Shown here: positions 53,108 through 64,000 of the stretch, one piece after another
Layout of the letters: each line of letters begins with the position of its first letter
Position numbering within the stretch: position 1 is the first letter of the stretch
Origin: Antedon mediterranea
Taxonomy: Eukaryota > Animalia > Echinodermata
Direction of reading: 5' to 3'
NCBI RefSeq assembly: GCF_964355755.1
Contig: NC_092671.1
Location: 19,592,001-19,656,000, forward strand
DNA length: 64,000 bases
Position numbers and translations under genes: made by a program
Notes under the pieces: generated by a model
What the model was told of the DNA's origin: nothing
The model's input: only the letters and a program-made list of their open reading frames with translations
Database searches by the model: none

Positions 53108-54775
53108 TTTTATTTTATTTTGTGTGGCTAAAGTTTTGATCATGATGTAATGTAAAATCCGGTGAACTGTGATGCGACAATGTGTTCTTTTATCTCAGTC
53201 CCAACTATGGTGGGCTAAGGACTCTTTTTGTATGTGCAGTCAAAGTTTTGATCACAATGTTATGTAAAATTTTGTGTGAACTGTAATGCGATATGTTATA
53301 AAGGAATCTCCGCCCTTAATATTTCGGTGGATCTTTCCTCAGAAAAAAAATAGCACAACACTTGACTAAGGTGTGACTTCATTACACAGTAACCATCAAT
53401 GCTACCTTTATGACTGCCAATGAAATCGGACACACAACTTTTGCTGAGTGGGAACAAATAATTTTTTTAGGTTCATTTTGGTGTTAGGTTGATAGCTATG
53501 GCTTAGGTAGATATCTGTCTTTTAAAATCGTTAACAGTTAATTTCATTGGTGGCTGTATGTAAACGATATACAGTATTCCCTGCCTGTAAAGCTACACAA
53601 AAAAACAAGTAAATGTTACAATAAAATCCCAACCTACTAAAAGTGTTTGCCTTTAAATTGCTAGATAACAAATGCACTACGATTACACAATTCATTGTTA
53701 TTTTCTTCATTTTAGTCCATACTTGTAAATCATAGTTAAGATTCATTTTATCCACTACAAAAATTCTCATTGTCTTTTTTTTATTCAGAAGTTAAAAACG
53801 AAGATAATGATAACTAGGCTACATCTCCAAGGACATGATAAATAAAAAAACAAATTTCAAACTCAAGTTAATAGCTATAGGTAATGTATTTCTTGAAATG
53901 TCCTTTGTATAATAGTAAAAATATATAATTGAAAAAGATGACTAATAATTTAAAACCCTTTATGACATTTTTAAAATCAGAACCTTGAAAATAACAATGT
54001 ATTGTAAGAAATAACTTAAATATGAAAAGTTATTTTAATTTTACACATGACTATTATTAGAACAATGCAAATAAATTATCATAGATACAAACAATGACAA
54101 CAAACACTAATACATAGTGACTAGCTTAATGAATCTCATAATTATAATAATACAATCTCATTTAAATATAAGTAGTATAATTAGTGAGCAAAACTGAAAT
54201 GTAAATGAATGTATGTAGTTGTTAAACCTTAATTTATGTTGAATTATATGTGAACTTGCTAGACACATAAGTAAAAGTGACATGCGTTCATCCATCTTGT
54301 GCTTATTACAATGTTCCCTTAAGCAATTCTTACTTTCTAGTTATTAGTAAAAGTAGGTAGTCAAGTTTTATTAGACTGCTTTTCTTGTTTCTAATGTTGG
54401 TGTCAACGACGAAACAAGCACTTAAGTTTGTGAATGTTTGAGTGCGGCACGTCTAAGGTGCTTATTTAACTATGGAGATTATTAGACTGGGGCACTGAAT
54501 GCAGTTTCCCTTAGTTTCATATGGTAAAAATAGAGATGGTATAAGATGACCGTATTGTGTCTGGCCATAGAATGAGTACAACGAATCATACTTAACCTGC
54601 GGTGGAAGGTGAAAAGAAACTGTCCGAAATTATGTTTAGGTTTATTGCTGATAGCTGTTATATATAATTGACTGAACATGCTCTGCTTATAAATATGGAA
54701 TGACATTCTAAAAAGTATGGTTCTTATTTGTTTGTACATATCTATTTAATGCGGATCACCATAGCTTTTATCAAT

Positions 54776-55581
54776 AGCTAGGTTCACATTCAGAAATTAT
54801 CGTGAGTTTCGTTAATCATGATGTTCTATGTGAACCTGCAGGAAGTCGTTAACCTGATCTTGTTTATCACGTTAATTTCAGCTAACATACTCTCGGAGAG
54901 CCTGTTAATTATCATGGTTATCTTACGAAGTTATCATGATATATTAGACACCGTTATATGCAGAGACGAAATTCAACCAATCAGCGCTTGGTTATTTACT
55001 GCGTCATCAGCCACCTACCGGAAGAAGTTGTTGTTGTTGTTTTCATTTCGTTGACCGCTAGCTTTAACAAGTTGTTTTTCCTTTGATATAAATTGCTTAG
55101 GTTTAACCCACTATATCCTTTTGGATATCATACATCAAGTTAGACGATTAAAGAATGAAATCTAGAGAACAAACAATAAATTAATGTGAAACAGCCAGGA
55201 CTATTTCGAAAGCTAGCCTAGACCGCCCAACCCACTCGATCAAACACAAAGGCATGCACGACCATACGACGCTCACCAGGCTTACTTTTTGACATGAAAT
55301 ATCCGCAAGAGAACCATGGACACAGCCTATTAGTTACTATTCTTAGTTATCTTAGGCCTGCTGGCTATAGCTACTACATAGAGGCCCACAATACAAAAAC
55401 AAATCAACAATACCTTCCCACGTGTGCTCCGAACATGTGTGTGTTTGGCCTTTCACGCATCAGTGCACCTCATTAGCATACTTATATCACGATGTTAAAT
55501 TCTATGTGAACGCTCTTCCTGCTAACGTGATATTCAATATCACGATACAAAAGCACGATAAAATCTTATGTGAACGTGGCT
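54776..55581. mobile_element. Harbinger-type non-autonomous transposon
   Basis: Imperfect TIRs agctaggttcacat..ttatcgtg / cacgataa..atgtgaacgtggct with AAT TSD and internal atgtgaac repeats. Confidence 0.75.
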
Positions 55582-55827
55582 AATTATAATTAACTTGTGT
55601 TGATAACAATATTATGTTGTCACTCTCGACACTATGGGATTTCCATCCAAGAAAGGTCCCATAGTATTTAAACAACATTGTTTGCTGTTGGTAGGCCTAC
55701 TCTAGGAATAGGGCATGGAGGCCTACCATTGATTATCACATGATTTTAGCATCAAAAAGTCTGCTTTCAATGCATAGAGAGAGCAGGGTAATCAAACTAA
55801 AAATGGTTTATCTGGGACCATAGTTCA

Positions 55828-57281
55828 ACCAAGCTCGTTCGGGCGGCAGCCCCCATCATCGCACCTTTCCTCACACAGATTATTAATACTTCCATCTCCA
55901 GTCAAAGCTTCCCTCTCTCGTGGAAAATTGGTAAGATTACTCCCATCTTTAAATCCGGTAACAAACATCTACCGGATAACTACAGACCTATATCTGTATT
56001 ACCTATCATGTCTAAGGTGATTGAGAAGGCCGTCGGATGCAATTACTGGAATATCTTTCTTCAAATAATCTTCTCTGCCCTAACCAATCTGGATTTCGTC
56101 CCACTTACTCTACACTCACTGCTATTACTAAAACTCATGACAGCTGGATCCACAGTATAAATGAAGGTAAAATCATTGGTTCAGTTTTTATTGATCTAAG
56201 GAAAGCTTTCGATCTTGTAAACTACGAAATTCTGTTACGTAAACTTCCCTTTTATGGTTTTTCCGAATCGGCTGTGAAATGGTTTACATCCTATCTTACT
56301 GGACGTCAGCAACATGTCTGTTATAAATCAACTATATCTTCATCTATTAATGTCAACGCTGGTATACCTCAAGGATCCAACCTTGGGCCACTGTTATTCT
56401 TCATATACATAAATGATCTCCCCAATTGTTTATCGTACTCTTCAATGGATATGTTTGCTGATGATACCATAATTTACAATTCTAGCGATAAGGTAGACGA
56501 TATTGTAACCAATCTTAATTTTGACTTGGATAAAATCTCCACTTGGCTTCTAGCTAATAGTCTAGCGCTCAATACTAAAAAAACTGAAGTGATGGTAATT
56601 GGAACGCCACAAAGGCTTTCTTTACTCGGGCCTATAAATGTTTCTATTAGCAACTTACCTATCAAACAGGTCACCCAACATAAGCATCTTGGCATCATTC
56701 TTGACCATCATCTTACTTTTATTCCGCACGTTGATAAGTTGTGCAACAAATTAAGTTCCTCTATCTCCATCCTCGCCCGAACTCGAAAATTTTTCCACCA
56801 AGCTACATCTCTTATGTTATACAATGCTCTTGTCTTACCTCATATTGACTATTGTTGTTCTCTCTGGGGCTCACGAGCACCACTCGTTGCTAAAGTCCAG
56901 AAACTTCAAAATAGAGCTAAAAGAGTTATCTTGAAAGTTCACCCTCATACCCCATCCCACCTTATTGATAACACCATTTCTATCTCATCCGTTTCTCAAC
57001 GTTATCAGTTTCAACTTGGTTGTCTCGCCTATCGGGCTTCCATCAATACCGTTCCGGATTACATCAGTCGCATGTTAACCAGGACTCAGCCCAGAGGTCG
57101 ACCTACTACCAGATCCATCTCTAATTGTAATTATATTATTCCTCGACCTTCTTTAGAGATTTTTAAACAATGTTTCAGTTATAAAGCGCCTATGTATTTT
57201 AATATGATTCCTAAAATCATTCGACAATCTGAAAATGTTATTTCCTTTAAACGTGAACTTAAACAATTTATTTCCAGTTAA
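55828..57281 (+). pseudogene. Reverse transcriptase (LINE ORF2), truncated, with one frameshift at ~56035
   Basis: The upstream frame gives ..FPLSWKIGKITPIFKSG..DNYRPISVLPIMSKVIEKAV, then a 1-nt shift leads into ORF 56037-57281. That ORF carries QSGFR, DLRKAFDLV, GIPQGSNLGPLLFFIYINDL, MFADDT, KHLGIILD, LPHIDYCC and LQNRAKRVIL. Confidence 0.95.
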
Positions 57282-57293
57282 TATTGTTTGTAC

Positions 57294-57324
<31 letters not shown>

Positions 57325-57375
57325 TTTTATCTGTCAACGATTTTAACTTTTATATGAATTTTATTTATTTATTTA

Positions 57376-59004
57376 TTAGTTATCCGCTTGGTATACCAAG
57401 CGGATAACTCCTTGTTATTGTACGAGATCAACATTTTTTTTCTGTATTATTCTTCTTTCCTTCCTTCCTTTTTGTGAGTCGCGTTTCTCTAAAATGTGTA
57501 AACATAACATTTCATAACTGTGACAACATATGGGCATTTACGTGAAGTTGTGCACCTCCTATTTTTGAATGACGTCATAGTTGCGCAACGTGACTTACGC
57601 GCAATTTTATGAATTTCAATGATTGATCATAGATTAAAAACCAAAAGTCATTTAGTATTGACACTTTGACAAAATTTAAGTCATATCAGGGGCAAACTTT
57701 CTACGGATTAAAAATGGCATGTTTCACAAGAAGTTACGCGCGCACGCGCATTTAAAATTTCAAAATGCGCAAAATTAATTTCTAATCAACTTTTTACGCG
57801 TTTCATGTCATTTTGAGCATGTCAAAAATTCCCACGGGCGCGCGATTTTTTACGCACGCGGTGCGCACGTAGCGATAAAAACATATTTTTTTCTCTTGAA
57901 TTATATTTTTCAAGCCTTTCCTAGTAATTTTGAAAACAATTTAGAACTTTTCCAGTTTAAATAACGCCATACGAACACGTTGAATTAGACAATTTGTGCG
58001 CGTTTTTTATGAAAAAGCTTAAAAAATCATCAAAATAATGTCTTTTTTTAAACAGTCATAGTTTCTAAAGTAAACCGTGAACCGTTTATTTTTATTACAA
58101 AATCTAGAAGTTGATGAGTTGCAGATTTCGGATCATGCATCGATAAGGCCAAAAAAACATTGTGACGTAATCGTATGGCCACACGAATGTAAAATATAGG
58201 ATTTTTGTCTGTTTCGTTATTGCTCATCACATTCAATGGAGCGCATCACGCTTATCTGTATTCATTTTTCTCCTATATTTATATATTGTCTAGGTTAATC
58301 AACTTTCTTTAGCATGAGATAAAAATATTTTAATTTTTATAACGTCATCATGCCTAAAAATTTTAATTACGTGGGTCATTAATTTCATCTTTACAGTAAA
58401 TTTTAATCTGTAATAGCTCGTAAGAATAAAATGTGATAATCACGATTAAAACGTTTTCTGGAAGCTATAGGATTGTAGATACGAATTCATGTAAACATTT
58501 TGCCAATCGGATGTTGTGACGTCATCATATTGCCAGTTGAATAAAAAGAGTCGTATTTTCATATTTTGCGTAATAATTCATCACATTTAAATGTGCGCGC
58601 ACCAACATTTTACGTATTCAAATTTCTTCTACACGTTAATATGTTGTTGCTAAGATAATTTTCTTCAGAAATTGCTATCGTTGTGTTGTTTTTTTTATGA
58701 CGTCATCATGTTAAATATTTGAATTAAAGGCAGGTCCCATAATTCAGTTAATATGTCATATTATAATAATACAGTAGTACAATGTACACCAGCATAGTCT
58801 CTGATGTGAGCAAATTGTTGTTTGCCGCCCTCTGTATCATGTAGAATTAATGTCTCCTTTTATACACAGTGTACTGTATAATTATAATAGGCTACAAGGC
58901 GAAAATACAGGACCACCTCTTATTATAGTTTTTAACGTATGACGTGCACGTGGCATCTGTCGTGCGGATAACTAACTCGTCAAAGTGACGAGTTTCATGT
59001 CTAG
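57376..59004 (+). mobile_element. Non-autonomous Helentron-type (HINE/DINE-1-like) rolling-circle element
   Basis: 5' subTIR ttagttatccgc (57376-57387) overlaps a perfect 32-bp palindrome (57378-57409). A short ttcc microsatellite lies at ~57457. The 3' subTIR gcggataactaa (58964-58975) is followed by hairpin aactcgtca-aag-tgacgagtt (58974-58994) and a CTAG end (59001-59004). It is inserted in a T-rich site without a TSD. Confidence 0.8.
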
Positions 59005-60548
59005 TTTATTTATTTTTTTTTTCTGAATGATCAGTTCTATTAGGAACTGGATAGGCTACCATCAGTAAATATGGTAATAAATAAATAAATAAATAAAATA
59101 AATAAATAATTGCTATTCTGTGTTGAGGCTAAAAGGTGTACAGCAATACTAAATTATTTGCCATTGAAACTGTGTACTTTTTTAAACCAATTATTTTGAA
59201 CTTGTCCTATTTCTACTGGAAAATAGATTATTTCGTGGCAGCAGAAGCAGGCTTTATTATATGGGATATTATTTATTTGTCTTTGTCTTTGAACAATAAA
59301 TAATCTAGCTATATAAATAGTGGAAGTATAGTATAGGTAGGTGGTGATGTTTTGCAAAAAGCAAAACAGGGATCCATAAGTCTTGGATTTATAGTAGTTA
59401 TTCATATTAATTCATTCATGCTTATTACACAACTTACTTACTGTACAAGAAAGCAAACAAACTAGTATAAAAACAAAACAATCATGTTTCTTTATTCTGT
59501 GGCTTAATTAGGTATAATCCAGAATGGTGCAGATCAGTTTTTGAACACTCAGATAACAATGCATTTTGGCTTGTGTGAGTTGAACCACAATTGACTCATT
59601 AATCAAGAACAATTGGATTGGTTCAAATCCTAAATCAACAAAGTAAATTCATTTGAATTTCCCAAAGGAATAATATGTTTGAACAATGCATCAATGAATA
59701 TGCAGCAATATTATCATGAGGTATAACTTGATATGTTATATGTAAAATGATATCCACTCCATTAAAACGTCCACAAAGACCTTGCACTGCTCATTACAAA
59801 AAAGTAGACATATTACATAATATTGTGGTAAGCCTTGAATATTATTTTTTTTGCTAATAGCAAAGCTCTTGGACTTATTATAATTAATAAGATTAACATA
59901 ACATATACAAATAATAAAGACATCATACAAGTAAGCCTAGTCAGTCACTGAAAACCACAAAATTATGTTATTTTATTAAATAACCACATTAGGCAATGGG
60001 ATTTATTGTTGTATATTATTAGTGTTATCCACTTAATTTCATGTATATTATTGTATTACTACTGTGAAGTAGAGTTGTACTGTATACTCAATACATTGAG
60101 AACACTACCAGAGAATTAACAAAATAATAAATTTAAACAAATGTGACACGTGTGTGACCAATTTATCTAAAATAAAATTTACTTAAAATTTAAATGTCAT
60201 CCTGTGTCATAATTCTAACATTTGAAAATAAACATGTGATCAAGTTTTTGTATTCCGTTTTACCAGAAAAAAGGATTATTTAGAAAAGGCGCACAAAAAT
60301 AAAAAATCTAGTGTCTGAGCTTTGAAGTTACCCATACTTGAATTTAAAAAAAAGTGAGTGATTTAATATTGCAGACTTACACAAGATTTTACAAGATAGA
60401 TAAAATTGATAAAGAAGCTTTTTAAAAGGTGTGAATACCAAAAACAAAGTTGCAGATTTAATGTTTTGATGATTCGATTGATCTGCCATTAACGTGCAAC
60501 AATAAACCAATTTAGAAGAATGACTATGAGAAGTTCAAAATGAACTAA

Positions 60549-60706
60549 AGCTTTGTCTACACTATCAAACTTTATGTGACAAAAAAATGTTATGTGCCCA
60601 TATATGGACATGATATCATTATCAGTAACATATTTGGGCATATTACTACCTTATTTGGGAACATCACACTTTTTTGTCGAATTAGTTTGATAGTGTAGAC
60701 AGAAAT
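60549..60706. mobile_element. Small MITE, same family as 26396-26521
   Basis: tgtctacactatcaaact ... agtttgatagtgtagaca inverted termini and a homologous interior. Confidence 0.8.
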
Positions 60707-63054
60707 TTAGTTCTAGGATCAAGGGACCAAATAAATGACAAATGGTATATATTCAGATCCATAGAGTTTGCTTTTTTATCGCAAGCAGTTTATGCGTGAC
60801 TTTCCTATCATAAACATTGTACACTAATCTTGTACCTTATGCTGTCGTAATGAACAGAGGATCAGTGTCGTATGTTTCACTACTCTTTTCCTGGTTTAGA
60901 CCTATGGAGTTGTATGATATGTACCACATGAAAGCATAAATCCTTAAGTCTGACCAGGCCCACAAATGAGAAATTAAGATGAAGAAATAAATTTAAAATT
61001 GTATAATAACTTATTTATATACTTGATATCTGTTACTACACCTAGTTGTTAAGGATAAATATACCTCTTCATATAATAATTTAACTTTCATGTCAATTAA
61101 ATATGACAAACCATCTATACTTTTAAATTTAAATTAGCTCAAAATATAACATAATTCAACTAAAGTTGTTTTGACAAGTGTGGAATTTTGTATATTACCA
61201 TCAGGCCCCAAGAGTTATACACTCATTTAAAGCATTGATAGTTTTCAATTCCATGGATAATTCTCTAAATTCAGAAAGCATGTTGGGCGGAGTACACACA
61301 TTTTATGCCAGGCTAAGCAAATCCTAATTTATGATTTGCCAAAGGCAAACTTTAAAAGTCAGATTTAGTTCAACACCAAAATCTATATATCTTCATGAAT
61401 TTGAAATAATGGTTCATTTACTGAATATATATTACTTTACTCATATTTTTTTGTAGCTTGCAATGAAAATATCCATTCATATAACTTTATTGTTTGTGCT
61501 CCTATTTTGTTTGCTCTTTTATGAAAATAAACATCACAAAATCAGTACACTTACTGAAAGTACATATATTGAAAAACAAAGGCTGAAAATTATGTGGATC
61601 ACAGGATTCTCATAAGCCTCTACTATATTGTAACAAATGCCCATTTGAATACTTATATATATTTTGTTGTAAAGCAAAAATAACGCAACGTACGCACGTA
61701 AGGTGTACACCAATATCCTACATTATATTTGATCATTTTTATTAACTTCTATCATGTCTCAACAATGAAAACAAATTCAAGTTTCATATCCACTCATAAT
61801 TTATTATAACATTATACTCAGTAAAGAGCCTCAGCTATTTTTACTTGATTTAGACACCAACTATGTCAATTGAAATTTCAAGTAATAATCTTAAATCAAA
61901 TGTAGTAAATAACTAATGTCTATTCAGAAAACACCGCTCTCAAGAGAATGCAAAATTTCTAGCCAAATTGGAACCATTTTATGTCTTTTCCCCTTATTTA
62001 ATAAGTTGGCAGAAACAATATAAATAGTCAATTGGAAGTGATTGACTACAGCACTGTCAGACCAAGAGTCATCAAGGCCAAGTAAATTATAAATTGTTTA
62101 ATATAATATATTGATATATTGCTTTTTAAACATTGTTTCAGAAATGTTGGGAAAGGGAATATAGACATTTTGAAAAAAATTTGAATTTAACCGATCATAA
62201 TATTAGCATGTACAGTAGATTTGAATTATGATTTGAATAAACGCCTTCCCAATAAAACATCACTTAGAATAATAATCGCATTTTGTACTATATTTATGAC
62301 ACAAAATATACTATTTGTAAGAGAATTAAATGTTTCCTTCGATTAAGAATCTCCCTCAAATGAACTCCGCCTCCCCTACAAGGGCCCTACCAAACAATAA
62401 ACACTATACTTTAAAATGTTATTAATCATCTACAGTAAGACACGTTTAGTTTTACGAATATCAAGCATTTCAATAATGGTAACCGACAGAAAACCTCCAA
62501 GCCAGAACGTCCTTCTAAAACCTTTTTACCCAAGTCATTATCATTCCGAGAACCATCATCTACACCTCCTAGAGGGGAAGCGAGCAAAGCGAGCTCACCC
62601 TCAAGTACTTAAAATCACTTATTAAATTAAATATTTGTTAGTTCTCAACTTGAATGTTTCAAAATCTTGACTGGTTGGGTCAAATTGGTATTTGGCAAAG
62701 TCATATTCATTGTGCTGTTGGTAACTAAAGAGGAAGAACGTACTTTTGCTTGATTTTATTTCAAACATTCATGACATTAATGTACTAATTTGTGAATGAG
62801 ATAGCTGCATGGCTTTCATTGGACAAGATTCAGATGCTTAATTCTTAATTACCACAACTTCTTGCTAATTATGATAAGTAAGATCTTGCATAAAAAGCAT
62901 AACACTGTGACTTGCATCCAAGGTAGTATCTATTTCATTTGATAATTAAAATAGCCATTGTATAAATTGATTATACTAATAGTGAGAAAAGTGCTATGTC
63001 TATCGGCCTAATAAATGGTGTGTGAATAAATTATCTCCATTTTCTTGGCAGCAG

Positions 63055-63184
63055 GTGAGAAGACCAAACACATCGATTTCTTAGGATTGAAACAAATATC
63101 ATGGTTTATACCATAAGATTCACAGATATCAACTTGCTGTTGCAATCCAGTAAGAGCAGGTGCTAATAGGGTCATGTCATCTGC
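63055..63184 (-). pseudogene. Relic of a second LINE reverse transcriptase (RTE/RTEX-like)
   Basis: The minus strand translates ADDMTLLAPALTGLQQQVDICESYGINHDICFNPKKSMCLVFS, which is the (Y)ADD...GLQ..DIC..FNPKKS block of non-LTR RTs. Confidence 0.8.
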
Positions 63185-63389
63185 CTTAAACTGAAGTTAT
63201 TATATCGCACTCCATTTATAGTTACAACCAATGCTACAATTTGTGATATTAGTGTCACATAAAACATCAATAAAAATGTTGGCACATGATCCTTCCTTGT
63301 CTTCACTGTTGGTAACTGTGAGCTTTTGTCTCAGTTAAGCAATGTTGGGCCATCTGGGAATTTCAGGTGCTGTATAGACCTTTAGAAGG

Positions 63390-63500
63390 TGATGTGGTAT
63401 GGTAATAGATTGGACTAGATGAGAGGTATGGGTTCAAGTCTGTCTATGCCATATGCCTAGACATTGATCCTATGTAAACATTAAAGAACTTACTGTACAC
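63390..63500 (+). mobile_element. Degenerate tRNA-SINE relic
   Basis: tggtatggt (A-box-like), gggttcaagtc (B-box-like) and cattaaagaac (core motif) occur in the expected order. Confidence 0.35.
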
Positions 63501-64000
63501 TACACTATTTAAAAATACTATGGTATCATCTCTTGGCATGCTCATCTTGGTAAACTAGCTGCTGTGGGTTTGTAGTAGGGTTGGCTAATCTGAATCAGTT
63601 TTCATCCGTTGAACATGAGGACAAATATTTTAAATAGCATTTACAATATAGTCATAATATTGGTATTCTAATAAAGAAACTTTACCAACTTAGATTTATT
63701 TAGCTGAACAAACAATTCAAGTAATTGCTGTTGCCAAAACAAAAATCAGCGATGATCAGATACACATAAATACACATTTGCAACAAGATACAAAAAGAAT
63801 CAGTGGAGCTCTAACTGTATTATTATTTGCTGAAAATACAGGGAACTTAACAAGTGGCAACAAGTTGTCCATACTGCTTTGTACAATCCTAATTTGCCAA
63901 AGCATGTTATTGTAATGATCTTAGTATTAACTTTGTGAGTCTAATTCCTCCATGCAGAAACTAGCAAATAAATTATTTATGTAATTATATAAGAGCAGAA

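Larger units (their letters stand above)
55828..59110 (+). mobile_element. 5'-truncated non-LTR retrotransposon, CR1/L2 group (Crack/Daphne-like), with 3'UTR interrupted by an insertion
   Basis: RT coding region 55828-57281 is followed by a 3'UTR that resumes at ~59005 after the insertion. It has a terminal stem-loop cagttc-tattag-gaactg and an (AAAT)n tail at ~59076-59110. There is no endonuclease domain and no clear TSD. Confidence 0.9.

Noticed and set aside
62416-62625. GC-richer segment with short open frames
   Set aside because: No recognisable domain or splice sites; probably a repeat fragment.
58-62625. Remaining 60-120-aa ORFs in the supplied track
   Set aside because: Their compositions (I/F/Y/N/K/L-rich) are what AT-rich non-coding DNA yields by chance. 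They show no motifs or splice support, and many use non-ATG starts or overlap repeats.

Overview
This is AT-rich (about 30% GC by eye) animal genomic DNA, not prokaryotic. A Deu/Nin-domain SINE and the repeat landscape suggest an invertebrate deuterostome, possibly an echinoderm (inference). The main gene is on the minus strand and is the 5' part of a DCC/neogenin/protogenin-family Ig receptor. It has a 91-nt signal-peptide coding exon (36204-36114, missed by the ORF track), a 32.7-kb phase-1 intron, and a 303-nt first Ig-domain exon (3393-3091); it continues off the left edge. A possible terminal exon and long 3'UTR of another minus-strand gene lies at about 39.7-43.05 kb. The rest is intronic or intergenic. 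It holds a 5'-truncated, frameshifted CR1/L2-group LINE whose 3'UTR is split by a Helentron-type element, an RT relic, a tRNA-derived SINE, many MITEs, and 46-, 26- and 56-bp tandem repeats. The most notable unannotated signals are a Penelope-type minimal hammerhead ribozyme, tiny palindromes with 7-bp TSDs matching P-element excision scars, a large excess of TACWGTA and TAGGCCTA motifs, two perfect DR5 nuclear-receptor elements, and a hairpin-bearing satellite. Nearly all short ORFs in the supplied track are noise.
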